The notes under the pieces are model-generated. The model did no database searches. It was not told the DNA's origin and was given only the letters and a program-made list of their open reading frames with translations. The translations under genes and the position numbers were made by a program. From an uncultured Clostridium sp. (GTDB taxonomy: Bacteria; Bacillota_I; Bacilli_A; RF39; UBA660), in assembly GCA_947427095.1 (NCBI GenBank), contig CANEGO010000002.1, forward strand, positions 27,888-91,887: a stretch of DNA of 64,000 nucleotides, given 5' to 3'. Below, in pieces: positions 1 to 9,682 of the stretch (position 1 is its first letter; each line of letters starts with the position of its first letter).

Positions 1-31
1 AAGAAAAGAATAAATTGTTGAATTTTATTCT
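1..31 (-). terminator. putative rho-independent terminator after tpiA
   Basis: Minus strand just 3' of the tpiA stop: AGAATAAA, 9-nt loop, TTTATTCT, then TTTCTT. Sits at the window edge. Confidence 0.4.
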
Positions 32-39
32 TCTTTACA

Positions 40-747
40 CTATTTTATACACTCTATTATTTTTCTTAACTCATCAAACGAAACTGAAGATAATCCAAGT
101 AATAAACCATCTAAACAATCAATTAATACAGAATCTACATTTTTCGAATTAACTGATCCTCCATACAAAAGTTTATAATTTTTAATACCCATATAATCTA
201 TTATTTTTTTAATATAACTTATAGCATCAATTATTTCAGTTTTAGATAAAGCATTTTTCCCTCCGATTAAATACCTGGGCTCATACGCAACGTACAAAGT
301 TTGATAATTATCCAATTTAATATCACTTAATGCAGTCTCTAATTGTTTTTTTATTACTTCAGGAGTTCTTCTTAATTCCCTATCTAATTTAGTTTCACCA
401 ACACAAAGAATTGGTGTCATAGAATTTCTTAAAATCGCTTTAAGTTTTAAATTAATTATTTTATCATCATCATGATCCCTTGTTTCAGAATGCCCAACTA
501 GAGAATACTTAATTCCCCTAAGTGACAATTCATAAGCTGAGACTTTGCCAGTATATGGGCCTTTATCTTCATAAAATGAATCTTGAGCACCTAGTAGGTA
601 CTCATTAAACACTTCATAGTTTAAATAACTAGGGCAAATAACTAATTCAATTTTTGATACATCTAAAGTATCAATTTGATCTTTGAGCCTTTTGGCCTCA
701 TCCGGCGTTAAATACATCTTTTGATTACATACTAAAATTTTTTTCAT
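40..747 (-). CDS. tpiA: triosephosphate isomerase (divergent)
   Basis: TIM motifs present: CNQKMY (N-x-K), GHSETR, CVGE, AYEP, YGGSV. Lies in a glycolytic gene context. Confidence 0.85.
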   Translation of the reverse strand: MKKILVCNQKMYLTPDEAKRLKDQIDTLDVSKIELVICPSYLNYEVFNEYLLGAQDSFYEDKGPYTGKVSAYELSLRGIKYSLVGHSETRDHDDDKIINLKLKAILRNSMTPILCVGETKLDRELRRTPEVIKKQLETALSDIKLDNYQTLYVAYEPRYLIGGKNALSKTEIIDAISYIKKIIDYMGIKNYKLLYGGSVNSKNVDSVLIDCLDGLLLGLSSVSFDELRKIIECIK

Positions 748-1976
748 TTTTTATCACCACTTCTAAAAAGTACCCTTTTTACGTTATGAATAGTTTTTTT
801 CAAAATGTTAGTATCTTTGTTAATAACTTTTTCATATACCTCAAGAACCCTTGTTGCATAAACCGTTGGATTATATGCATTCGCGGTTATTCTAGCTTGC
901 TTTGCAATCATCTTGCTATATTCTTTATCTTTATACAATTTTATAATCAATTCCTGATAATCCTTATCAGTTTCAAAAAACAATCCATCTTGTTTATCAG
1001 TCATAACAAGAAGAAAGCTTTCATCTCTAACTGCAACAACCGGTTTTTCTGAAGCCATCGCCTCTATTACGGTAAGCCCTTGTGTTTCGGTTTTTGATGC
1101 CGTTGCAAAAACATCTGCCAATCTATAATATTTTGGAACATCCACCCAAGGTACTTTTCCAGTAAAAGTAACATGATTATCCAATTTATTTTTATGAGCT
1201 AACAAAACAAGATCATTAACGTCAGGCCCATCACCAACGATTATCATTCGGGCTTTTGGAACCTTTTTAATTATTTCCTTAAGATTCTTTATTAAAAAGT
1301 CTATACTTTTTTCCTTCGCTATTCTACCAACATACAAAATTATAAAATCATCGCGTTTTATATTAAGTTCCTTTTTTAATTCCAAAACCGATTTAGAACT
1401 TACGTTTTCTTTATAAAATCTACTTACATCTATTCCACTTGGAATTATGTGAACATCCCTTTTAACCTTATATTTTTCTTTAAATAAATCATATGTTTTT
1501 TTCGTTGGGACAATAAGTTCTTCAACTGTTTTATCACACAAAAACAACGTTAAATACTCAACTAATTTCTTAGAAGCTCCATCAAAATAGCCTTTTGTTA
1601 TATAGTATATATATTCTTCATACATCGTGTGATACGTATGTACAAGTGGTATGTTGTATTGCTTGGCAATTAATCTTGCAAACGAACCAACCGCAAACTC
1701 GGTATGAGTATGAATGACATCAAGATTCCAACTCTTTATTATTTTTTGCGCCTTTAGTGGGTATAGGCTAGTCATTCTAAAGTCATATATACCAATTGGA
1801 ACCCCTGGTATCATTAAAACATTATCCTCTTTTTTATAATGAAAATTCTCGCTATTAACCGTAACAACATATACTTCGTGTCCTAATTTTTCCAAACCTT
1901 GTTTGAGCATTAAAACGCTGGTAGAAACACCATTAATATATGGTGGATAAGTATCTGTAAAAAGACCTATACGCAT
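744..1976 (-). CDS. GT4 glycosyltransferase, alpha-monoglucosyl-diacylglycerol synthase-like
   Basis: N-terminus MRIGLFTDTYPPYINGVSTSV...LGHEVYVVT is typical of the alMGS/CpoA-type GT4 family. C-terminal E-x7-E region (TETQGLTVIEAMA). Overlaps tpiA by 4 nt. Confidence 0.8.
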   Translation of the reverse strand: MRIGLFTDTYPPYINGVSTSVLMLKQGLEKLGHEVYVVTVNSENFHYKKEDNVLMIPGVPIGIYDFRMTSLYPLKAQKIIKSWNLDVIHTHTEFAVGSFARLIAKQYNIPLVHTYHTMYEEYIYYITKGYFDGASKKLVEYLTLFLCDKTVEELIVPTKKTYDLFKEKYKVKRDVHIIPSGIDVSRFYKENVSSKSVLELKKELNIKRDDFIILYVGRIAKEKSIDFLIKNLKEIIKKVPKARMIIVGDGPDVNDLVLLAHKNKLDNHVTFTGKVPWVDVPKYYRLADVFATASKTETQGLTVIEAMASEKPVVAVRDESFLLVMTDKQDGLFFETDKDYQELIIKLYKDKEYSKMIAKQARITANAYNPTVYATRVLEVYEKVINKDTNILKKTIHNVKRVLFRSGDKK

Positions 1977-2983
1977 TTTTTATCAACTCCTTTTTTTAAA
2001 GCTAAAGTAATAAATCCGATTAACATTCCAAGAAAATATGTAACAAATCTCCATAATAACATTGCGCCAGATAAAACTGGATAAGAAGGAGTAAAAATAC
2101 TAAAGAAACTGATAAAACCATACTCAATTCCTCCGGTTGCACCAGGGATTGGAATAAAATTACCAATTAACATAACAAACGAGGTAGCAACAATCGATGA
2201 TAATATAGTAATATTACAAGGCCCCATAGCCCTAAAAATTATAAATGGAACTGCGTATAAAAACAAAAGATTAATCAAATTGGTTATGACAGCCATAACA
2301 AGGTTTTTCTTATCATTTTTAAGTTCCATCCCGCCTTCATAGAAATGTTCTAATCCGTCCATTATTCTTTTTTTACTTACTTTTAATTTTTTTATCAATT
2401 TAAAACTAAAGAAAAAATCAAGTGCTTTGTTTATTATTCCGAGTGAAGTCTTTTTTGCCACCGTTATAAAAATTAAAAACAGAAGAACTATTATGTTTAT
2501 AAAAAAGCCTAATCCAATCAACCAAATTAAATATGATTTTAAAGAGATAATCCCCAACCAAAAATTAGCAAAAATAGACATTATCCCCATTAATATAAGT
2601 GCAATTTGAAAAGAAATAAAGTCTTTTATCATTGCATTTGTCGAATCACTTATTCTAAGACCATCTTTTTTTAAAAGATAAACTTGGAATGGTTGTCCAC
2701 CGGATTGAAATGGTGTTATCCCATTTAAAAATTGACCAATTAAGGTTAATTCAAACGTTTTTTTAAGAGAATATTTTTTATCATGTTCCTTAATAAACAT
2801 ATATAAACTTATTGATTTGAAAAATAATGATGTGATGAACACCAAAATTGAAACAAAAAATATAAAAACATTTACTTTTGATAATTCACGGATTACTAAA
2901 GTAAAGTTATCTTTTAAAGTAAAATAAAGAACTAGTGCTAATGCAAGCATTAACACAACTATATTAATTTTCTTATTTTTCAT
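1967..2983 (-). CDS. UPF0104 / LPG-synthase-TM (flippase-like) membrane protein
   Basis: Polytopic membrane protein with the GQFLNGITPFQSGGQPFQ motif typical of the MprF-TM-like family. Overlaps the GT4 gene by 10 nt. Confidence 0.65.
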   Translation of the reverse strand: MKNKKINIVVLMLALALVLYFTLKDNFTLVIRELSKVNVFIFFVSILVFITSLFFKSISLYMFIKEHDKKYSLKKTFELTLIGQFLNGITPFQSGGQPFQVYLLKKDGLRISDSTNAMIKDFISFQIALILMGIMSIFANFWLGIISLKSYLIWLIGLGFFINIIVLLFLIFITVAKKTSLGIINKALDFFFSFKLIKKLKVSKKRIMDGLEHFYEGGMELKNDKKNLVMAVITNLINLLFLYAVPFIIFRAMGPCNITILSSIVATSFVMLIGNFIPIPGATGGIEYGFISFFSIFTPSYPVLSGAMLLWRFVTYFLGMLIGFITLALKKGVDKKCV

Positions 2984-2991
2984 GAGTACTC

Positions 2992-4176
2992 CTATTTTTC
3001 TTCTATTACTTCTATTCCTGGCAATTTCTTACCTTCTATAAACTCTAGTGATGCACCACCACCAGTTGAAACGTGTGAAAACAAATCTTTATAACCAAAC
3101 CTTATGGCAGCGGCTGCTGAATCCCCGCCACCAACAATAACTTTAGCGTCGCTTTTTATTAATGCTTTACAGATTTCTTTTGTACCATATTCAAAGTTTT
3201 TAAACTCAGATACTCCAACCGGTCCATTCCAAAAAACAGTTCTAGAAGATTTTATATATTCAGAAAATAACGCTACTGTTTTTGGTCCGATGTCTAAAAC
3301 CATAATTCCTCTTGGAATATCACTAACATCTAAGTAAGTAACTTCTAATCCATCTTGATATGATGACGACCCATAACCATCCACTGGTAAAATTATTTTA
3401 TCACCATAATTTTCTAACATTTCATTCGCAAAATTAAGACTATCTTCATCATAAATTGATTCTTTTAAATCCACGCCCTTAGCCTTTAAAAAAGTATTAG
3501 CAATCCCGCCGCCTAATAATATATAATCTGCCTTTTTAACTAACTTATCAATAACTTTTATTTTATCACTTATTTTTGCGCCACCCATAATAACTACATA
3601 TGGTCTTGAAGGATTAGTTAATGTATTTCCAAGCATATTAAGCTCTTTTTCTACTAAAAATCCGATTCCAGAAGGAATATTACTTGCAATACCAACGTTA
3701 GAAGCATGAGCCCTGTGAACGGTACCAAAAGCATCATTTATAAATATATCACCCAAGCTCGCCCAATATTTTCCTAGTTCCTCGTCATTTTTGCTTTCCT
3801 TTGCCGTTGGAAAGTCTTCATATCTAGTATTTTGCACTAAAACAACATCACCGGCACGCATATTATCAACTGTTTCTTCTAACACAGCTCCACGTGTTTC
3901 ATTAATAAAAGTAACATCTCGTTTTAATAATTCTGCTAATCTTACAGAAATTGGGTAAAGATCATTTTTAATCTTGTCCTCTTCGCTTTTAACTCTTCCT
4001 AAATGTGACAAAATTATTATTTTAGCACCTTTGTTCAATGCATAATCTATGGTCTTTATACTTTCTTTTATACGATTATCATCTAAGATAACGCCATTAT
4101 TTAAAGGTACGTTTAAATCACACCTTATTATTACACGCTTATTATATAAATCAAAATCCCTTATTGTCTTTTTCAT
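2992..4176 (-). CDS. pgk: phosphoglycerate kinase
   Basis: Full-length PGK similarity (RCDLNVP, hinge, GGGDS, STGGGASLE). Start moved to MKKTIRDFD, which has a GGAGG 7 nt upstream. Confidence 0.95.
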   Translation of the reverse strand: MKKTIRDFDLYNKRVIIRCDLNVPLNNGVILDDNRIKESIKTIDYALNKGAKIIILSHLGRVKSEEDKIKNDLYPISVRLAELLKRDVTFINETRGAVLEETVDNMRAGDVVLVQNTRYEDFPTAKESKNDEELGKYWASLGDIFINDAFGTVHRAHASNVGIASNIPSGIGFLVEKELNMLGNTLTNPSRPYVVIMGGAKISDKIKVIDKLVKKADYILLGGGIANTFLKAKGVDLKESIYDEDSLNFANEMLENYGDKIILPVDGYGSSSYQDGLEVTYLDVSDIPRGIMVLDIGPKTVALFSEYIKSSRTVFWNGPVGVSEFKNFEYGTKEICKALIKSDAKVIVGGGDSAAAAIRFGYKDLFSHVSTGGGASLEFIEGKKLPGIEVIEEK

Positions 4177-4192
4177 CGTTTCCTCCATTTTT

Positions 4193-4201
4193 ATTATAAC
4201 A
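4193..4201 (-). promoter_or_regulatory. extended -10 promoter (TGTTATAAT) for pgk
   Basis: Minus strand reads cgTGTTATAATaaaaATGGAGG, directly after the upstream terminator. Confidence 0.4.
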
Positions 4202-4208
4202 CGTATGA

Positions 4209-4235
4209 CAAAAAAATAGGAACTAAATTCCTATT
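4209..4235 (-). terminator. rho-independent terminator of the surface-protein gene
   Basis: Minus strand: AATAGGAA, TTTAG loop, TTCCTATT, then TTTTTTG. Overlaps the stop codon. Confidence 0.6.
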
Positions 4236-5529
4236 TAACAGTAACCCTTGCTTTATCCGTTTTTCCGTTTGTCGATTTAACCGTGATTATTGCAGTTCCA
4301 CGGGTTCTTGCATAAACTACACCATTATTTACTGTTGCAACCGATGGGTTGTCACTACTCCAAGAAATAGTCTTATCAGTTGCGTTAGTTGGGGTATAAT
4401 AAACCGTTAAGGTTTTACTTTGGCCAGGTGTCATATCAAGTGTATTAGGAGACAATTTTACACCACTCAAAGCAATCAAAGATTGTTTAACGATTATCGT
4501 TCTACTAGTACTTGCTTTGTTTCCATAATTGTCGGTAACCTGGTAAGTAACATAATAAGTTCCAGGATTACTAATATTTAAATTGGATGAAACTCTAACC
4601 GATGAAGTTATATTTCCACCTAAAGAATCAGTTGCAGAATAACCGGGGTCATTATACATTTCTCCTACGTTAATAATAATTGTTTTACTACCATATAAAG
4701 TTATTGTTGGAGGGGTTGTTGGTCTTCTTGTGGTTGCCTTGGTTGTCACTTTAGAAGTTGATTTTTTTGTAGTTTGTCTAGTAGTAGTAATAGGCTCACT
4801 TGTTGTTGGAGTGGGTATAACTTTAACAGTTCTTTTAACATCTGCTTTATTACCAGCCTTATCAGTTACTGAATATGTAATTACGTAACTCCCTACTTTT
4901 TTTGTATCAACACTTCCACTTTTTACAATTTTAGACGTTATATCTCCATCAATGTTATCAGTTGCTTTTGCACCTTGATCCTCAAAATTAGCCCCTTGAT
5001 TAATAGATATTTCACTTTCACCCACAAGTGTAATTGTCGGTAAAACAGTATCTTTAACAGTAGTTGTCGTTGTTTTATTATTTTCCTTATCATTACTAAT
5101 ATATCCGGTTGTGGTATACATGTTTCCACATTTTATATACGATGAATACTTTTCACTTTCCTGTTTTGAAGCAATAACGTAACCATTACACACCTTGGCC
5201 GCTTTTACCTTGGCAGAATCGATAAATCCTCCATTTTCTATTAACAATTCTTTTAAATCTATTCTTATTTCTTTATCTGTTAATATTATACTCTTTTGTG
5301 ATATATAGGTTGGTGCCTCCTCTATCATCCTAGCCTCTAACTTATTAAAATCAGCACTAGTATATTCTTCTTTTTTTCCAGAAGTAGTTACCTTTACAAT
5401 TATAATAATTATAGTAATTAAAATAACTAATGCTAACACTGCTAAAATAACCATTCCACGAGTTATTTGAAACTTTTTTTTATCCTTGGTTTCATATTCA
5501 ACGTCAGTAGAATAATTTGTCTCGCTCAT
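4231..5529 (-). CDS. membrane-anchored surface protein, 2x DUF5011 Ig-like plus Big_2 domain
   Basis: N-terminal TM helix. Two repeats of P(T)ITL.G...I..G....D.G..ATD...G(D/N)ITS......G.Y.(I/V)TY.VTD..GNKA...R(T)..V. C-terminal Big_2-like segment. Thr/Pro-rich linkers. Confidence 0.7.
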   Translation of the reverse strand: MSETNYSTDVEYETKDKKKFQITRGMVILAVLALVILITIIIIIVKVTTSGKKEEYTSADFNKLEARMIEEAPTYISQKSIILTDKEIRIDLKELLIENGGFIDSAKVKAAKVCNGYVIASKQESEKYSSYIKCGNMYTTTGYISNDKENNKTTTTTVKDTVLPTITLVGESEISINQGANFEDQGAKATDNIDGDITSKIVKSGSVDTKKVGSYVITYSVTDKAGNKADVKRTVKVIPTPTTSEPITTTRQTTKKSTSKVTTKATTRRPTTPPTITLYGSKTIIINVGEMYNDPGYSATDSLGGNITSSVRVSSNLNISNPGTYYVTYQVTDNYGNKASTSRTIIVKQSLIALSGVKLSPNTLDMTPGQSKTLTVYYTPTNATDKTISWSSDNPSVATVNNGVVYARTRGTAIITVKSTNGKTDKARVTVK

Positions 5530-5633
5530 TAATATCACCACCATTTATTTTTCAAAAATATTATAACATGAATATTAAAAAAATACTAACATTTATATTA
5601 GCATTTTATATAGTTAAATCAAAGTAAAGTTTT

Positions 5634-5667
5634 TATAAAAAAATCCAAGTTTTTCACTTAGATTTTT
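5634..5667 (-). terminator. rho-independent terminator after gap
   Basis: Minus strand: AAATCTAAGT, gaaaa loop, ACTTGGATTT (one G-U pair), then TTTTTT. Confidence 0.55.
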
Positions 5668-5669
5668 AC

Positions 5670-6677
5670 TTACTTTTGCATTAAATATTTAGCAGTTCTA
5701 ACCATTTGTGCCGAATAACTCATTTCGTTATCATACCATGCTACAACCTTAACTAGTTGTTTACCATCTACCTCAATGACGTTAGTTAATAAACCATCTA
5801 CTAAGGCTCCACACTGCATACCAATTATATCACTAGATACGATTGGGTCTTCAGTATACATAATGGTTTGGGACTGATTTTCTTTAAATAGTTTATTTAT
5901 CTCTTCTTTAGTAACACTTCTTTTAAGTTCAAGTGTTAAATCAATAACTGAACCAGTAGTAACCGGAACACGCATTGCCGTTCCATCTAATTTACCCTTT
6001 AATTCTGGAATTACAAGGCCTATTGCGCTTGCTGCTCCAGTTGATGACGGAACAATGTTTGCTGCAGCTGCTCTTCCTCTTCTTGCCATATGACCTTTTT
6101 TATGTGCAACATCAAGGGTTGACTGATCGTTAGTATACGCATGAACAGTAGTCATAAAGCCTTTTTCTACACCATAGTTATCACAAAGTAACTTCATAAC
6201 AGGGGCTAGGCAATTAGTTGTACAACTTGCAGCACTTATTATCTTTTCATCACCAGTTAATTCTTCATGATTAACGTTGTAAACAATTGTTTTTAAATCA
6301 CCTTTAGCAGGTGCTGAAATAATTACTTTTTTTGCTCCTGCTTTTACGTGTGCTTCCGCTTTTTCCTTACTAGTAAAAAATCCGGTGCATTCAAATACTA
6401 CGTCAACATCAAGACTTTTCCATGGTAATAAAGATGGATCAGACTCACTATATATCTTTATTTTATCACCATTTATTATAATGTTATCGTTATCATTTGT
6501 TATTTCATCTGGTCTATACCTTCTATGCGAAGTATCATACTTAAGTAAATATGCAAGTTGGGAAGCGTCAGTTAAATCATTTATCGCAACGACATCAAAA
6601 CTAGGATCATCTTCCATTAATCTAAACACTAATCTTCCAATTCTACCAAAACCATTTATCGCTACTTTAATAGCCAT
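5670..6677 (-). CDS. gap: glyceraldehyde-3-phosphate dehydrogenase
   Basis: INGFGRIGR NAD-binding motif, SCTTNC active site, WYDNE near the C-terminus. Confidence 0.95.
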   Translation of the reverse strand: MAIKVAINGFGRIGRLVFRLMEDDPSFDVVAINDLTDASQLAYLLKYDTSHRRYRPDEITNDNDNIIINGDKIKIYSESDPSLLPWKSLDVDVVFECTGFFTSKEKAEAHVKAGAKKVIISAPAKGDLKTIVYNVNHEELTGDEKIISAASCTTNCLAPVMKLLCDNYGVEKGFMTTVHAYTNDQSTLDVAHKKGHMARRGRAAAANIVPSSTGAASAIGLVIPELKGKLDGTAMRVPVTTGSVIDLTLELKRSVTKEEINKLFKENQSQTIMYTEDPIVSSDIIGMQCGALVDGLLTNVIEVDGKQLVKVVAWYDNEMSYSAQMVRTAKYLMQK

Positions 6678-6711
6678 TATATCATCTCCTATGTTTATAT
6701 TGTATCATTTG

Positions 6712-8370
6712 TTAATCTTTAAAACAACTTCCCCCAATAAATTCTCTTATTATCGAATCATTTGGAACATCATCACTTGGCATTCCTAAAATCACCCTAA
6801 ATAAGTTTATTAGTCTAATTGCTTCATCGTAATTAGGATCGTCTTCAGGTACAGAAAACAAAAGTGGCTCCGCATATGTTTTTAAAACTCCAAGTTCATA
6901 AGCAAGTGATGTATTAAGAATATAATCTGCATCTTTTACATATGGTACAATCATTTCTTCTTCAGCTTTTCTTACGTTTTTCCACGTCTCTAAAGTAATG
7001 GATGCAGATACTCCGCGCGACATATTGTCTCTTACTATCCTTCTTAAAAGCCTGTTATCGGTTTGCTTAAATAAATTATGATTATCTACGTTTAGAGGGG
7101 TAAGTGGACATATATATATCTTAGACTTGTTTTTATCTGGAATCATTTCAGTAAGCTTTTCGTTAAAAGCATGTATTCCTTCAATTACAAGTACACTTTT
7201 TTCATCCATTTTAATTAAATTATCGCTTTCCTCTTGCTTACCTGATATAAAATTATATTTTGGCAACCGTACTTCCTTACCGTTTAATAACTCTGATATT
7301 TTTTTATTAAACTGACTTGTATCAATTGCTTCTATTCTTTCTTTTTCAGGTTCCCCATTTTCGTCTAAAACCCGGTCTTTAATATTAACATAAAAATCAT
7401 CGATTGATATTGGTAATGGCTTTAACCCCTTGCTCCTTAAAAATAAAGTTAACTTCTTTGAAGTGGTTGTTTTTCCAGATGAAGATGGACCAGTAATAAG
7501 AACAACCTTTAAATCCTTATCTTTACTTATTTTATCAGCTATTTCAAAAATCTCATTATTTAAAATAGATTCACTAATTCTTATTAAATCTCCATAATCC
7601 CCCGTTGAAATCATACGGTTAAGTTCTACCGAGGTACTTATTCCTAAACTATTTAAATATAAATCGTTTTTTTCAATAGCTTTAAGTAACTTATCATTTT
7701 TAGTTAATTTTATATTTTCAAAATCATCTATATTATGGTGCCCCGGTATCATAAGAATCATCTTATTATCTTTTAAATATTTAACGTTATACTTTTCTAA
7801 CTTACTTGTGTTATTAGGTAAAACACCATAAAAGAAATCAAGAGTATCATCTAATTTATAAAGACTTATGCTAGAATTACTAATATATCTAAGAGAATTT
7901 GCTTTATCCATTTGATTTATTTTTTCATAATAATCAATAGCATCTAATCTAGATACCATAATCTTAGTTATTGGGATTTTTGCTTCACATAACTCTCTCA
8001 TTCTTATTTTTATCTTTTCTGCAGTAACCTCAGAAATTAAATTATTTGTTAAAATCTCAACATATATTCCGTCATCAACCATATGGAGCATGCGAACATC
8101 GCAATTTAGTACGTCTTTTACTGCCGTGCTAAATAAAAATAAAATACCTCTCTCATACGTTTTTATGCCTACTTGTGACGTAACATCAAAAAAATCAATG
8201 GTACAATTTTTAGTTAATTTGCAATCTAACCCAGTTAATCTATTATTAACAGAAGAAACAATAATCTCTTTTTTAAAATCATCTTTCACTAAATTTGCAA
8301 TATCGCTAATTAATGTACCTTTTTCCTGTTCAAATTCCTTATCTTTATACTTGATTTTTATAACAGACAT
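6712..8370 (-). CDS. TGS/ThrRS-SAD-like N-domain fused to uridine kinase-like P-loop kinase
   Basis: Walker A GPSSSGKTTTSKKL in the C-terminal half. N-terminal TGS-like fold pattern. Only 34 nt upstream of gap. Confidence 0.7.
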   Translation of the reverse strand: MSVIKIKYKDKEFEQEKGTLISDIANLVKDDFKKEIIVSSVNNRLTGLDCKLTKNCTIDFFDVTSQVGIKTYERGILFLFSTAVKDVLNCDVRMLHMVDDGIYVEILTNNLISEVTAEKIKIRMRELCEAKIPITKIMVSRLDAIDYYEKINQMDKANSLRYISNSSISLYKLDDTLDFFYGVLPNNTSKLEKYNVKYLKDNKMILMIPGHHNIDDFENIKLTKNDKLLKAIEKNDLYLNSLGISTSVELNRMISTGDYGDLIRISESILNNEIFEIADKISKDKDLKVVLITGPSSSGKTTTSKKLTLFLRSKGLKPLPISIDDFYVNIKDRVLDENGEPEKERIEAIDTSQFNKKISELLNGKEVRLPKYNFISGKQEESDNLIKMDEKSVLVIEGIHAFNEKLTEMIPDKNKSKIYICPLTPLNVDNHNLFKQTDNRLLRRIVRDNMSRGVSASITLETWKNVRKAEEEMIVPYVKDADYILNTSLAYELGVLKTYAEPLLFSVPEDDPNYDEAIRLINLFRVILGMPSDDVPNDSIIREFIGGSCFKD

Positions 8371-8492
8371 ATAATCACCCTACTTTATTCTTCTACTATA
8401 TTATATTTTATCAGAAATGATGAAAAAAGTCACAATATTTTAGGTAATATTTACAAGCTTACCATACATAATATTACTAGGGTGATAAAAAC

Positions 8493-9062
8493 ATGAACGT
8501 AATTCCAAGTGTTATTGAAAAAACTAAAGGGGTTGAAAGAGCATATGACATATACTCAAGATTATTAAAAGATCGGATAATATTTATAAGTGGAGAAATC
8601 GACGATGATTTAGCAAATAGTGTAATTGGGCAATTATTATTTTTAGATTCCCAATCACATGAAGATATAAATATATACATAAATAGTCCAGGTGGAAGTA
8701 TTACCGCTGGAATGGCAATATATGATACAATGAACTTTATAAAAAGTGACGTTTCAACGATATGTGTTGGCATGGCTGCATCCATGGCATCAGTTTTACT
8801 TGCAAGTGGGAAAAAGGAAAAAAGATTCATTTTACCTAATAGTGAAGTAATGATTCACCAACCTCTTGGAGGGGTAAGCGGGCAAGCTACTGAAATAAAA
8901 ATAGTAGCAGATCGAATTTTATATTTAAGAAACAAGTTAAATAAAATCTTATCAGAAAAAACAGGACAAGATATAAAAATAATAGAAAAAGATACCGAAA
9001 GAGACCATTATTTATCAGCTGAAGAAGCTTTAGAATATGGTTTGGTTGATAAAATATTATAA
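8493..9062 (+). CDS. clpP: ATP-dependent Clp protease proteolytic subunit
   Basis: [25 protein letters not shown] (Ser), MIHQP (His). Full-length ClpP similarity. Confidence 0.95.
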   Translation: MNVIPSVIEKTKGVERAYDIYSRLLKDRIIFISGEIDDDLANSVIGQLLFLDSQSHEDINIYINSPGGSITAGMAIYDTMNFIKSDVSTICVGMAASMASVLLASGKKEKRFILPNSEVMIHQPLGGVSGQATEIKIVADRILYLRNKLNKILSEKTGQDIKIIEKDTERDHYLSAEEALEYGLVDKIL

Positions 9063-9096
9063 AAAAAACTCTATATATCACGATAGAGTTCTTTTT
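9061..9096. terminator. bidirectional terminator between convergent clpP and lipoprotein gene
   Basis: AACTCTAT, 8-nt loop, ATAGAGTT. Flanked by A8 on the 5' side and CTTTTT on the 3' side. Confidence 0.6.
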
Positions 9097-9097
9097 A

Positions 9098-9550
9098 TTA
9101 ATTCAAGGTTTTTGATTGATTAGAAATCCTTTGTTCAATTTCTATTATATCTGCATCAGTAAATTCATCTTTCTGAGCTTTTTTTAATTCATCAGCAGTT
9201 AAATAAGGTGTAATTGATTCTATTTTTGTATCAGGATCTAATGTTTTTATATCTGTGTATTTGCAAATTTCGGTGCCTTCATAATTCTCATTTTCGACAT
9301 GGTAAATTTCACCGGAAACTATATCTTTATAATGTTTACCATTGCAATTATCATAACGTGGATAATAATAACTCATTACCAAAGGTTGGTCATCAACATA
9401 TACCACTGCCGTCCTTTCTAGAATTGTATCTTCTAACAAAGCTTCCTTTTTCCCACATCCAGTAAATACCGTTGCTATCAACGTTCCTGCTACTAGTACT
9501 GCAACACCCTTCTTAACTAATTTTTTCTTTAATTCATTATCTTTTTTCAT
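9098..9550 (-). CDS. lipoprotein, unknown function
   Basis: Signal peptide with lipobox VFTGC. Strong GGGGG SD. Confidence 0.7.
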   Translation of the reverse strand: MKKDNELKKKLVKKGVAVLVAGTLIATVFTGCGKKEALLEDTILERTAVVYVDDQPLVMSYYYPRYDNCNGKHYKDIVSGEIYHVENENYEGTEICKYTDIKTLDPDTKIESITPYLTADELKKAQKDEFTDADIIEIEQRISNQSKTLN

Positions 9551-9585
9551 TCAAATATTCCCCCTTCTTCATTTGAATGTGCATT

Positions 9586-9616
9586 ATTATAACACGACCC
9601 CCCCCCCACTTGTCAA
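9586..9616 (-). promoter_or_regulatory. sigmaA-type promoter with a G10 tract in the spacer
   Basis: Minus strand: TTGACA, agt, G10, tcgTGt, TATAAT. Perfect -35, extended perfect -10, 19-nt spacer. Confidence 0.6.
9598..9607 (-). repeat. homopolymeric G10 (C10 on plus strand)
   Basis: By eye, the only G/C run longer than 5 in the whole window. Confidence 0.9.
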
Positions 9617-9682
9617 TACTTTTTTGTGGAAAACTAGAAAAAAATAAAAAGCATCTTTGCAGACACTTTTTACTCTTAAAAA

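Noticed and set aside
786-1052. 88-aa plus-strand ORF inside the GT4 gene. The same applies to similar antisense ORFs at 2427-2609, 3104-3337, 6385-6789, 7127-7315, 8090-8374, 10251-10574, 12574-13036, 28416-28649, 28879-29385, 33726-34049, 60474-60927 and others.
   Set aside because: All lie antisense within well-supported genes. They have low-complexity F/L/I/S-rich translations typical of shadow ORFs in AT-rich DNA, and none has an SD.
8371-8492. CtsR operator (GGTCAAA direct repeat) upstream of clpP, and likewise upstream of clpC at 13968-14047
   Set aside because: No GGTCAAA heptads are present, and no ctsR gene is in the window.
8477-8830. 117-aa minus-strand ORF overlapping clpP
   Set aside because: It is antisense to a clearly conserved clpP. 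There is no RBS and the translation is implausible.
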